This document shows positions 9,745 to 18,180 of a stretch of 33,309 nt of DNA, piece after piece. Each line of letters starts with the position of its first letter. The first letter of the stretch is position 1. Made by a program: the position numbers and the translations under genes. The notes below the pieces were generated by a model, which was not told the origin of the DNA, searched no databases, and saw only the letters and a list, made by a program, of their open reading frames with translations. Source of the stretch: a virus (Duplodnaviria; Caudoviricetes); the IMG/VR virus record IMGVR_UViG_3300048599_000089, positions 1 through 33,309 of that record, one strand, 5' to 3'.

Positions 9745-9855
9745 TTGCCCAATTCGGAGGTAACTGGAATAACAGGTCTAATGCAGGCCTGTCGTACTGG
9801 AATCTGAATAACACGTCTTCGAATGCGAATGTGAACATCGGCAGGCAGACTCTTA
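9745..9855 (+). ncRNA. DGR template repeat (TR) including IMH*
   Basis: AAC/AAT-rich copy of the VR (conceptual AQFGGNWNNRSNAGLSYWNLNNTSSNANVNIG), intergenic, upstream of the RT. Confidence 0.97.
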
Positions 9856-9972
9856 TTAGCAAAAATTTTTGTATTGCACCCTATAATCCTCACCGCTTGG
9901 TGGAAATTAGGCCGTAAAGAGCATGGTTTAGTAGAGTATCGAAACACCATGAGGCTAATAAGAAGGTAGATT

Positions 9973-11064
9973 ATGAAGCGAATTGGATATGTCTTTGAAA
10001 AAGTTTACGATTTAGACAATATCAAATTAGCAATAATGAAATCTTCGCTCGGCAAAAGAACTCAAAAAAGAGTTAAGCGTGTAATAGATAATATTGATGT
10101 GTATGCCGTAAAAATTAAGCACCTATTAATAACTAAGCAATATAGTCCATCTCCGTATAACGTAAAAATTATACAAGATGGTTCAAGCGGAAAAATTAGA
10201 ACTATCTTCAAGCCGTGTTATTATCCTGACCAAATTATACACTGGGTTTTGATGTTACAATTACAGGTTGTAATTATGCACGGCATGTATAAGTATAATT
10301 GTGGTAGCGTACCAGGAAGAGGAACAAGCTTTGGGCAAAAAATATTAAGGAAATGGCTTGATTCGGACTATAAAAACACAAAATACTGCTTAAAAATGGA
10401 TGTAGCAAAGTTTTATCCATCCGTGAATAACGAGTTATTAAAGCGGATGTTTCGTAGAAAAATAAAAGATAAGGACTGCCTATGGTTGATTGACACTATT
10501 ATAAACAGCAGTTCTGGTTTACCTATCGGCAATTATACCAGTCAGTGGTTTTCTAACTTCTTCTTACTGGGATTAGACCACTATATTAAAGAAAAATTGG
10601 GCGTAAAATATTATGTAAGATATGTTGACGATCTAGTTTTGCTGGGCCCGAATAAAAAGAAACTGCACAAAGCAAGGAAATTAGTATCCGAATACCTTAA
10701 CGGCATTGGACTAAATATAAAAGACGACTGGCAGGTATTCAGAGTAAGTAACAGGGCAATAGACTTTTTGGGATTCCGATTCTTTAGGAATAAAACTATT
10801 CTAAGAAAGAGAAATGCCCTTAGGATTAGGAGAAGAATCAATAAAATCACAAAGAAAGGTTATATAAATTATAAAGATGCCTGTGCGGTTGTATCTTACT
10901 GGGGCTGGATTAAAAGAAGTAACAGTTATAATTTTTACCATAAATATGTAAAACCAGCCGTAACTGTTGGTTTTGCTAAGAAAGTGGTGAGCGATATTGC
11001 AAAAATACGGAATCGTACAGGACGGAAAATTGACATTAAGCGAAAATTACCAAGAAGGATATAA
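9973..11064 (+). CDS. DGR reverse transcriptase
   Basis: YVRYVDD catalytic motif, LPIGNYTSQ (DGR-type SQ motif), KMDVAKFYPS, IDFLGF; 363 aa with no maturase or endonuclease domain. Confidence 0.96.
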   Translation: MKRIGYVFEKVYDLDNIKLAIMKSSLGKRTQKRVKRVIDNIDVYAVKIKHLLITKQYSPSPYNVKIIQDGSSGKIRTIFKPCYYPDQIIHWVLMLQLQVVIMHGMYKYNCGSVPGRGTSFGQKILRKWLDSDYKNTKYCLKMDVAKFYPSVNNELLKRMFRRKIKDKDCLWLIDTIINSSSGLPIGNYTSQWFSNFFLLGLDHYIKEKLGVKYYVRYVDDLVLLGPNKKKLHKARKLVSEYLNGIGLNIKDDWQVFRVSNRAIDFLGFRFFRNKTILRKRNALRIRRRINKITKKGYINYKDACAVVSYWGWIKRSNSYNFYHKYVKPAVTVGFAKKVVSDIAKIRNRTGRKIDIKRKLPRRI

Positions 11065-11218
11065 ACCTGTAGTTTTTGCAGAAATACCTGACGCATTTGA
11101 TCAAATGACGCAATGTATATTCCAGGGGAATGCTCTCGATAAGGGTGACTACATTGAGGTTGGAATAGAAATCAGGAATATAGAACCCGAAGAAATTATT
11201 GGAGATAGTTATGATTAA
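10997..11218 (+). CDS. Small acidic hypothetical protein overlapping the RT 3' end
   Basis: TTG start with GTGGTGA RBS; 73 aa. Confidence 0.6.
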   Translation: MQKYGIVQDGKLTLSENYQEGYKPVVFAEIPDAFDQMTQCIFQGNALDKGDYIEVGIEIRNIEPEEIIGDSYD

Positions 11219-11372
11219 CGGTAAAATTAAGACCTGCATGGATTTATTAGAGTTAATTAGCCAGCAGGAAAAAATAATTGCAAAGCAAAATGAAACAATC
11301 GCAAAACTTGTTAACAAGAACATGGAACAGGAAAATATGATAAACACATTAATGCGAGATTTTGAGGTGTAA
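11211..11372 (+). CDS. 53-aa coiled-coil protein (not in ORF track)
   Basis: MINGKIKTCMDLLELISQQEKIIAKQNETIAKLVNKNMEQENMINTLMRDFEV; GGAG RBS; overlaps the previous stop. Confidence 0.65.
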   Translation: MINGKIKTCMDLLELISQQEKIIAKQNETIAKLVNKNMEQENMINTLMRDFEV

Positions 11373-11374
11373 AA

Positions 11375-11500
11375 ATGAAAGAATATAAGGAAATTATAGT
11401 AAAAAATCTTGATGGTAAAACTTCGCGTTGGTATATCGGTGAACCGCCAAAGGTTATGAATAAAATTTCCACCCCAAAACTAATAAAGAAACCTTTATAG
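11375..11500 (+). CDS. 41-aa hypothetical protein (not in ORF track)
   Basis: GAGGTG RBS; MKEYKEIIVKNLDGKTSRWYIGEPPKVMNKISTPKLIKKPL. Confidence 0.45.
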   Translation: MKEYKEIIVKNLDGKTSRWYIGEPPKVMNKISTPKLIKKPL

Positions 11501-11579
11501 TTTATCCAACTAACGAATAGGCGAGCATAGAAAAGAACTATATAGAAGATATTTCTAAACAAACAGGAGGTGACTTAAC

Positions 11580-12182
11580 ATTGCCTTAAAATTAATCACA
11601 GGCCCGACAACCGAACCGGTAACGCTTGCTGAAGCAGATGCGCACTGTAGGCTTGAGTCTACAGACGATGCAGCGGAAAACGCATACAGGCAAGGGCTTA
11701 TAAAAGCAGCTTCGGAATTCTGCGAAACGTATCAGCGCCGGGCTTTTTTAACACAAACTTGGGAGTTATGGCTAGATGACTTTCCCTGCAAAGATTACAT
11801 CGACATACCCAGGCCGCCGCTTCAGTCGGTAGCCTATGTGAAATATTACGACACAGAAAATGTTGAACACACTATGCCTGAAGCTGACTATTTTGTTGAT
11901 GTGATTAATGAGCCCGGGCGTGTATCGCTTGGGTACAGCAAACTATGGCCAACTGAAACACTAAGACCAGCAAATGCTGTTTGTGTGAGGTTTACAGCTG
12001 GTTATGCACCTGACGGTGATGATTTAACTGCCAACATCCCTCAGAAAGTTAAACAGGCTATATTGTTACTCGTTAGTCACTGGTACGAGTACCGGGAGCC
12101 GGTGCAGGGAGGTAACATTTCAAAAGAGATTGAGTTCGCCGTTTCGTCGCTGCTTGGCCAGGACCGCGTTATTTTAGTTTAG
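11580..12182 (+). CDS. Head-tail connector (gp6/gp15-like, phiE125 gp8 type), apparent ATT start
   Basis: Frame open from ATT 11580 (IALKLITGPTTEPVTLAEA..H.R...QTW...PPLQSV), after RBS AGGAGGTGA; C-terminal KQAILLLVSHWYEYRE. Confidence 0.88.
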   Translation: MALKLITGPTTEPVTLAEADAHCRLESTDDAAENAYRQGLIKAASEFCETYQRRAFLTQTWELWLDDFPCKDYIDIPRPPLQSVAYVKYYDTENVEHTMPEADYFVDVINEPGRVSLGYSKLWPTETLRPANAVCVRFTAGYAPDGDDLTANIPQKVKQAILLLVSHWYEYREPVQGGNISKEIEFAVSSLLGQDRVILV

Positions 12183-12195
12183 GAGGTGGTTAGCT

Positions 12196-12519
12196 TTGGG
12201 TGCCGGTAAATACAGGAACAGAATAACAATCCAGCAGCTAACCACTTCCAAAGGTAGCATGGGTGGCGCGGTAAAGACTTGGACAACTTTTAAGGAAGTT
12301 CACGCGCAGGTTCAGGCTTTATCCGGGCGCGAGTATTGGCAGTCAAAACAAGTTAACGCTGAGACTACACACAAAATAAATATTCGGTATTTGCAAGGTG
12401 TGTTGAAAACCATGAGGGTTATATTCGGTAGTCAGGTTTTGGAAATTGAATCTGTCTTACCGGATGAACGAAAAACTGAAGTGGTTATGATGTGCATAGA
12501 CCGAGGTGAGACTGTTTAA
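12196..12519 (+). CDS. Head closure / head-tail adaptor (SPP1 gp16-like)
   Basis: AGKYRNRITIQ...W....EVHA...LSGREY...IRY motif. Confidence 0.9.
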   Translation: MGAGKYRNRITIQQLTTSKGSMGGAVKTWTTFKEVHAQVQALSGREYWQSKQVNAETTHKINIRYLQGVLKTMRVIFGSQVLEIESVLPDERKTEVVMMCIDRGETV

Positions 12520-13067
12520 TGTCTAGAAGAAGGAGCAGAACTGGCAGCGCAAAAACAAGAGCTGTAATAAACGGCGAAGCTGAATTAATGAATAGACTCA
12601 ACGGTATGGCTGCTGGACTTAAAAAAGAAATAACAACAGAAGCACTAAAAGCAGGTGCAGAGGTAGTTAAACGCGAAATGTCAGCAAAAGCGCGTGGTAG
12701 TACAGCGCAGTCTATAGAAATACAATTTCCTTTGACCACAGGCATGCCTAAAGTTATTATCGGCCCGGATAAAGATCACTGGTACGCAGCTTTTCAGGAA
12801 TTTGGTACAAGAAGACACATCATAAAAACGAAAGTGAGCGGCTTAAGTCGCAGTAACGCTCACGGCACACTAAGAACAAGTTTAAATTTTAATCAAGGTG
12901 ATAGATATAAAAAGGTACTTGCTGGAGATGGTGAAATATTCGGTAGAGTAGTAAATCACCCCGGCACGAGTAGAAAGCCGTTTGTAAGACCTGCTATCGA
13001 TGACCACGAAGCAGAAGTAAAAGCAGCTATGATGGCAGTTATTCGCAGACGTTTGGGGGTGACTTGA
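12519..13067 (+). CDS. HK97 gp10-family tail/neck component
   Basis: ALKAGAEVV, WYAAFQEFGT, HPG...KPFVRPA. Confidence 0.88.
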   Translation: MSRRRSRTGSAKTRAVINGEAELMNRLNGMAAGLKKEITTEALKAGAEVVKREMSAKARGSTAQSIEIQFPLTTGMPKVIIGPDKDHWYAAFQEFGTRRHIIKTKVSGLSRSNAHGTLRTSLNFNQGDRYKKVLAGDGEIFGRVVNHPGTSRKPFVRPAIDDHEAEVKAAMMAVIRRRLGVT

Positions 13068-13450
13068 TGGGATTGATTGAGGATTTTTACGGTAGGTTAT
13101 CTACTTATCCCGGTTTGGTTGCCTTGGTAAATGATCGCATATGGCCAGTAGAAGCCGAGCAAGGAGTAAAAGAACCATATTGCGTATACGAGCAAGTTTC
13201 GGGTGGTAGGAGGTATTCCCATAGCGGTTACAGTAACCTACAGCGCTCCCGGATGCAGGTTAATTGTTATGCTGACACATTCGAAGCAGCAAAAGAAATA
13301 GCGGCTCAGGTTACTGCTGCACTGGAAAGCTGGTCGGAGGCTAATGTAAAAGCAGTAGGCAGTTTTCAGCAAAATGAGATCGACATGATCGACATTGACA
13401 CGGGCTTTTATGTTGTCATGGTCGATTTTTTTGTTTGGTATAAAGGATAA
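13064..13450 (+). CDS. Tail terminator/completion protein (DUF3168-like)
   Basis: LV.DRIWP...PY.VY...RMQVNCYA; synteny. Confidence 0.85.
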   Translation: MMGLIEDFYGRLSTYPGLVALVNDRIWPVEAEQGVKEPYCVYEQVSGGRRYSHSGYSNLQRSRMQVNCYADTFEAAKEIAAQVTAALESWSEANVKAVGSFQQNEIDMIDIDTGFYVVMVDFFVWYKG

Positions 13451-13470
13451 AAATAAGGAGTGATACATAA

Positions 13471-14187
13471 ATGACTGAAGCTAATGCAGCTTTTGGCACG
13501 ACTTTAACAATTAGCAGTACAGCAATTGCCGAGCTTACAAACATTGGCGGCGTTGATATCTCTATGGATACCATTGATGTTACAAACCATGACAGTCCTG
13601 ATGCTTACAGGGAGTTTATAGGTGGACTTATTGATGCCGGGGAAGTGCCGGTAGAGGGTAATTTTTATCCTGGGGATGTAGGGCAGGTAGCTTTGTTAAC
13701 AGCCTTAAATTCCAGAACAACCGCCGCCTTTGTGATAACTTTCCCTGCTGCCGTAGGTGCTAACTGGAATTTTAATGCACTTGTTACCGGTTTTAAAGCA
13801 GCAGACGCACCTGTTGACGGGCAATTGCCCTTCAGCGCTACTCTGAAAATTTCAGGCAAGCCTACACTTAACATAACAGCTTCTACTGGCCTGACAACTC
13901 CGTTCTTCACAGTCAGCGGCGCCGGTACTTTGATAGTGCCTGCGGCATCCGGTAGTGTGTATGACTACGTGGTTAATATCGCTACAGGGGTAAGCTCTGT
14001 AACTATTACGCCGACCGCCAGCGCAGGAACTATTACGGTCAACGGAAATACAGTGACTTCAGGGCAGGCATCCAGTGCAATTGCTTTAGGCGCTGCCGGT
14101 AGTGTTACGACAGCCACTATTGTGGTACAGGAAACTAATAAGACACCCAAGACGTACACACTGCGCCTAACAAGGGCTGCAGCGTAG
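13471..14187 (+). CDS. Major tail tube protein with C-terminal cadherin-like Ig domain
   Basis: DTIDVT.HDS...REFIGGLIDAGE...LKISGKP, followed by SVTITPTA...ITVNG...KTYTL. Confidence 0.92.
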   Translation: MTEANAAFGTTLTISSTAIAELTNIGGVDISMDTIDVTNHDSPDAYREFIGGLIDAGEVPVEGNFYPGDVGQVALLTALNSRTTAAFVITFPAAVGANWNFNALVTGFKAADAPVDGQLPFSATLKISGKPTLNITASTGLTTPFFTVSGAGTLIVPAASGSVYDYVVNIATGVSSVTITPTASAGTITVNGNTVTSGQASSAIALGAAGSVTTATIVVQETNKTPKTYTLRLTRAAA

Positions 14188-14197
14188 GAGGTAAACG

Positions 14198-14548
14198 ATG
14201 AGTAATATCAGTAAAAGCAAAACAATAGCTGTTGTAAGTATCGAACTGGATAAACCCCGGCAGCTTAAATACACCAATGGGGCGCTGAGGAAATTTCAGG
14301 AAAAAACAGGCAAAGCAGCCTTGAAAATGAAACCGGAAGAATTTAATGAGTATCTATCTGAAATACTTTGGGCTGGCTTGTTGCACGAGGATAAGGATAT
14401 AACGGTTGATCAGGTTGATGAAATGATTGGTCCCAGTAATATGTATTATGTGATAGGTAAAGTAACAGAGGCGTGGGGAATGTCCATGCCGGAGCCTAAA
14501 GAAGTTGAGGCTAACGCAGACCCTTTGCAGGAGAACCTCCCGACCTAG
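14198..14548 (+). CDS. Tail assembly chaperone (gpG equivalent)
   Basis: Follows the tail tube gene; IELDKPRQLKY motif; ends near a slippery site. Confidence 0.85.
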   Translation: MSNISKSKTIAVVSIELDKPRQLKYTNGALRKFQEKTGKAALKMKPEEFNEYLSEILWAGLLHEDKDITVDQVDEMIGPSNMYYVIGKVTEAWGMSMPEPKEVEANADPLQENLPT

Positions 14549-14889
14549 ATGACCTCTGGGTGTTTGGGAGGTATGATTTACGATTATCTGAGCAGGAATT
14601 TTGGGTTTTAACACCGGGGCAGTTTGACTTGTTAGCAAAGCGCCATATAGAGCAGAGAAAGTCAGAAATTTACTTAGAGCAAACAAAGATAAAGCGGTCT
14701 GACCAGCAGGCCGCTTTAATTTGTTGTGTGCTGGCTAACATCAACCGGGATAAAAAGAAAAAACCTACCCCGTATAAGGTAGATGATTTTATGCCTGTGG
14801 AAATTGGTAAAAAGAAAAAGCAAACAGCACAGGAACAGTTTCAGATTGTGAAGATGCTTAATGCGGCGTTTGGTGGGGCGGTTACCTAG
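14521..14889 (+). CDS. Tail chaperone extension (gpGT), expressed by -1 frameshift at CCCTTTG
   Basis: C-CCT-TTG heptamer at 14521-14527; the -1 frame is open from 14515 to 14889; EFWVLTP motif. Confidence 0.82.
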   Translation, partial: PFAGEPPDLDDLWVFGRYDLRLSEQEFWVLTPGQFDLLAKRHIEQRKSEIYLEQTKIKRSDQQAALICCVLANINRDKKKKPTPYKVDDFMPVEIGKKKKQTAQEQFQIVKMLNAAFGGAVT

Positions 14890-15124
14890 GTTTATCGTCC
14901 CACCAAAATTTGCAGTCCTGGCATTCATAGCGTTTAGGGGTAAACATAAGTAAAAAAGGTATTATTAGAACAACCGGTATTAACCATAATAAAAATGTGA
15001 AAAATAACCCAAATAAAAATAAAATAACACTAAGCTTTATGGATGCTGAAAATATTTCAGCCTTACTTTTGATTTGTACTCTATTTGATTTGCACCTTGG
15101 GCAAGGTGACCAATTGTCTGTCAT
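14882..15124 (-). CDS. Antisense moron: small membrane protein with split zinc finger
   Basis: CPRC, hydrophobic hairpin, then CQDC; AAGGAG RBS; AT-rich. Confidence 0.8.
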   Translation of the reverse strand: MTDNWSPCPRCKSNRVQIKSKAEIFSASIKLSVILFLFGLFFTFLLWLIPVVLIIPFLLMFTPKRYECQDCKFWWDDKPR

Positions 15125-15147
15125 GGTTTCAACTCCTTTTGTACATA

Positions 15148-15176
15148 ATTATGCTTTATAGTTGACTAATTTACAA
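15148..15176 (-). promoter_or_regulatory. Sigma-A-like promoter for the moron
   Basis: TTGTAA-N17-CATAAT on the minus strand. Confidence 0.55.
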
Positions 15177-15189
15177 TAAAAATATAATT

Positions 15190-17832
15190 TTGGAAGTGGT
15201 AAATTTGAGTGTTGGTCAATTGAATGTCGAGCTTATGCTTGACACATCGGATATGGTTGCTGCTCTTAGAGAATCACAGGAGAGGCTTGCTTCATTGGGC
15301 AGGGAAACTTCTAGGCAGATGCAAATTGTCAGAGCTGAATTTAATGCTGCCACTCTTCGCATGGATGAGAATACCGATTCAACTGAAAGATTAACAGCAC
15401 AGCAACAATATTTAGGCCAAAGATTAGAACAGCAACGTAATATAATAGACCTTTTAAACGACACATACCAGAGAAGTGTTGAAGTAAACGGAGAAAACGC
15501 TGATGCTACACAGCGCCTGGCTGTTCGTCTTGCGCGGGCCCGTGAGGAAGAAGCAAGAACCGAAGCTCAGATCAGAGAAACAAACCGACAGCTGCGCGAT
15601 CAATCGGAAGCAGCAGATGATAATAGCAACAGCATGCAGGACATGCTTGAAAGATTAAGTGGTCTTGGCGAGAGAATGAAGGGTATCGGAGAAGGAATGA
15701 GCAAATATATCACCGCTCCGATGGGAGTTGGGCTTGCCTTAGTAACCGAAGGAACGGAAGAGCTTCGCCGCGAACTAGGTCTATTAGCAACAAATGCAGA
15801 AATGGTTGGTGCTAAATTAGAGGATGTTAATAAAGCGTATCGGACACTTTACGGTTTTCGTGATGATTTGGGAGCAAATAACGAGGCAATGTCAGGCATT
15901 TTAAATATGGGTTTTAAAGGTGAAGATATACAAAAAATAACAGAGCAGATTATTGGTGCGTCAGTTAAATTCAAAGACACATTGAACCCGGAAGGTATCG
16001 CTGCAGACATGCAGGAATCTTTAGCGCAGGGCCAGACTACTGGTATGTTTGATGAGATGCTGAACCGCATGGGAGTTAATTTGGATGATTTTAACGCTAA
16101 ATTAGCTGAAGCAAAGAAAAACGGAACTGAGCTTGATTTAGTGTTACAGACTTTATCGAATCTTGGTTTAACCCAGGTTTACGATAAATACGTTGAGGTG
16201 AATGACGTTGTTGTAAAAAACAGAGAGGCTACATTTGATCTAAATATGCAGCTAAAAGAGCTGGGTGATACGCTGCAACCCATAACAACCAAGCTCACTG
16301 AATTAAGTGCCAAATTGGTAGAGCTATTTAATATGCTTCCTGAATGGGCGAAGGATGTCACCTTGGTTTTTGGCGGCTTGCTTTTTATTTCAGGTCCGAT
16401 AATTTATACATTAGGTCAAATAGCTGGTTGGCTAGGTAAATTGAAAGATGGTTTTGTGTGGCTTGTTGACAAGCTAAAATGGCTTGCCGGTCTAAGATTT
16501 GTCACCATCATTGAAAGCCTAACAACATTAGCCGCAAATGTCTTACCTGCGCTTGTTGCAGGTTTTGCTATTTTATGGGAGATAATAACAGCTCCATTAA
16601 CACTCGTAGCCGCCGCCATTGCCGGATTAATCTATTTGGGTTATGAGTTATATAAAAACTGGCAAGGAATAAAAGATCTTTTCTCTGATATAGGTGAAAA
16701 GCTAGGTTTAATTGAAAAGAAGAAAGATATTAATATTGATACTAATCAGGTAGATAAAGCTAATAGAGATATTCAAAATCTGCAAAACAATATCGACCAT
16801 GTAGAAAATAATAAAGAAATAACCTTTAAAGGATCGCCTGATGATTTGATAAAAAGTTTAATTGAAAATAGCGGATTTTGGGCTGATCTGGCTGGAGAGC
16901 AAGATCCTGTTTTTGTTGACATTGAAGCCGGCCCCATGATGGACTCCATCATAGAGGATTTCGGAACACTGGATAAGAGTATAAAAAATATTAAATTCAA
17001 TCTATCCAAAGACAATATTTTAAGTTTAGTTGTTGATACTGAACCTATTGATACTTTTTCCAATAAGCTCGGAACATTATCCGAAAAGTTAACTGAATTA
17101 AAATCTAATACTTTGTATGATTTTGGATTTGCTTTTGGTGAATTTATACGGAATATATTAACTGAAGGTGAAAAAATAATAAATTGGTTCGCTGATTTAC
17201 CAGGTAATGCCCATAAGTATATGATAGAATTCAAAAATAACGTTGTAAATGAATCAAGTGAGATGCTCAATGGCGCTATCGGCTATATCAAGGAATTACC
17301 TGAAAAAACCTATATTTACTTCAGAGAAATGATAGATTCTGCTATTAGATCAGGTAGAGACTTCGTAAATGGTTTTATCGAAAGCATAAAAGATCTGCCT
17401 AATAGATTCTGGGAGTACCTTTTAAGTATAATAGACGGCATAATTAATTTCATACCTAATTTAATCAAAGAAGCGAAGCGCATGGGCAACGAGTTTATTA
17501 AAGGTTTTAAAGATGGATTAACCGGCAAAGAAGTAAAAATAAATGTCGGATCTGCTGCTTCAAGTATCAGTTTGCCGGGATTGGCTTCAGGAGGTACCAT
17601 AACTTCTGCGGGCTCTGTTTTAGTCGGTGAGTACGGCCCGGAGATACTTAACTTACCCAGGGCAGCTTCTGTTACTCCGCTCGATAGCAGCCAAGGCAGC
17701 GGCATAGATTATAACCGCTTGGCAAATGCAATGATTCAGGGCTTAACCGGAGCTAAATTTGTATCCGATATAAATACAGGAACCGTAAAATTAATGGTTG
17801 GAAATATTCTCCGAAAGGAGACAAGAATATAA
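15190..17832 (+). CDS. Tape measure protein (start may be TTG 15205)
   Basis: VGQLNVEL N-terminus, coiled coils, hydrophobic and W/F-periodic repeats, C-terminal LASGG...VGEYGPE. Confidence 0.93.
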   Translation: MEVVNLSVGQLNVELMLDTSDMVAALRESQERLASLGRETSRQMQIVRAEFNAATLRMDENTDSTERLTAQQQYLGQRLEQQRNIIDLLNDTYQRSVEVNGENADATQRLAVRLARAREEEARTEAQIRETNRQLRDQSEAADDNSNSMQDMLERLSGLGERMKGIGEGMSKYITAPMGVGLALVTEGTEELRRELGLLATNAEMVGAKLEDVNKAYRTLYGFRDDLGANNEAMSGILNMGFKGEDIQKITEQIIGASVKFKDTLNPEGIAADMQESLAQGQTTGMFDEMLNRMGVNLDDFNAKLAEAKKNGTELDLVLQTLSNLGLTQVYDKYVEVNDVVVKNREATFDLNMQLKELGDTLQPITTKLTELSAKLVELFNMLPEWAKDVTLVFGGLLFISGPIIYTLGQIAGWLGKLKDGFVWLVDKLKWLAGLRFVTIIESLTTLAANVLPALVAGFAILWEIITAPLTLVAAAIAGLIYLGYELYKNWQGIKDLFSDIGEKLGLIEKKKDINIDTNQVDKANRDIQNLQNNIDHVENNKEITFKGSPDDLIKSLIENSGFWADLAGEQDPVFVDIEAGPMMDSIIEDFGTLDKSIKNIKFNLSKDNILSLVVDTEPIDTFSNKLGTLSEKLTELKSNTLYDFGFAFGEFIRNILTEGEKIINWFADLPGNAHKYMIEFKNNVVNESSEMLNGAIGYIKELPEKTYIYFREMIDSAIRSGRDFVNGFIESIKDLPNRFWEYLLSIIDGIINFIPNLIKEAKRMGNEFIKGFKDGLTGKEVKINVGSAASSISLPGLASGGTITSAGSVLVGEYGPEILNLPRAASVTPLDSSQGSGIDYNRLANAMIQGLTGAKFVSDINTGTVKLMVGNILRKETRI

Positions 17833-18180
17833 ATGGCCGCTTTATATACTGCCGCTGGAGCACTTATTACAGAGCGCGTTACTTCTGTCATTCCTGATTA
17901 TGAGATTTCAGAAGTAGAAAATAAACTGCTTGATAATTCAATACACACGCAGATAATAGGTACTCCGGCTCGTATCTGTAAAATTTCTTTGGTCGTTACT
18001 TCTGTGTCGGCTAAAAATAGCATAGACACATATAAATCCCTAAAAACACCGGTCAAAGTGACTGCTGACGGCAACTATTATATGGGTATAATCCGCGGCA
18101 GTCCTGAGTGGGATAGGTTGGCACCTGGCGTATACCAAACAAACCTCACTCTGATAGTCTCCGAGGAGGGCACAGTATGA
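17833..18180 (+). CDS. Distal-tail (Dit-like) protein
   Basis: Position immediately after the tape measure gene; N.LLD.S.H.Q.IG motif. Confidence 0.6.
   Translation: MAALYTAAGALITERVTSVIPDYEISEVENKLLDNSIHTQIIGTPARICKISLVVTSVSAKNSIDTYKSLKTPVKVTADGNYYMGIIRGSPEWDRLAPGVYQTNLTLIVSEEGTV

Noticed and set aside
9666-9950. 94-aa minus-strand ORF over the TR as a possible avd
   Set aside because: It is antisense to the TR with no RBS and no helical-bundle character; a shadow ORF.
9942-9953. 12-mer AAACACCATGAG shared with 33218-33229 near attR
   Set aside because: Exact 12-mer matches are expected by chance in 33 kb, and there is no functional link.
9973-11064. RT as a group II intron, retron or Abi RT
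   Set aside because: It has the DGR-type GNYTSQ motif, no maturase or endonuclease domain, and an adjacent adenine-specific TR/VR pair.
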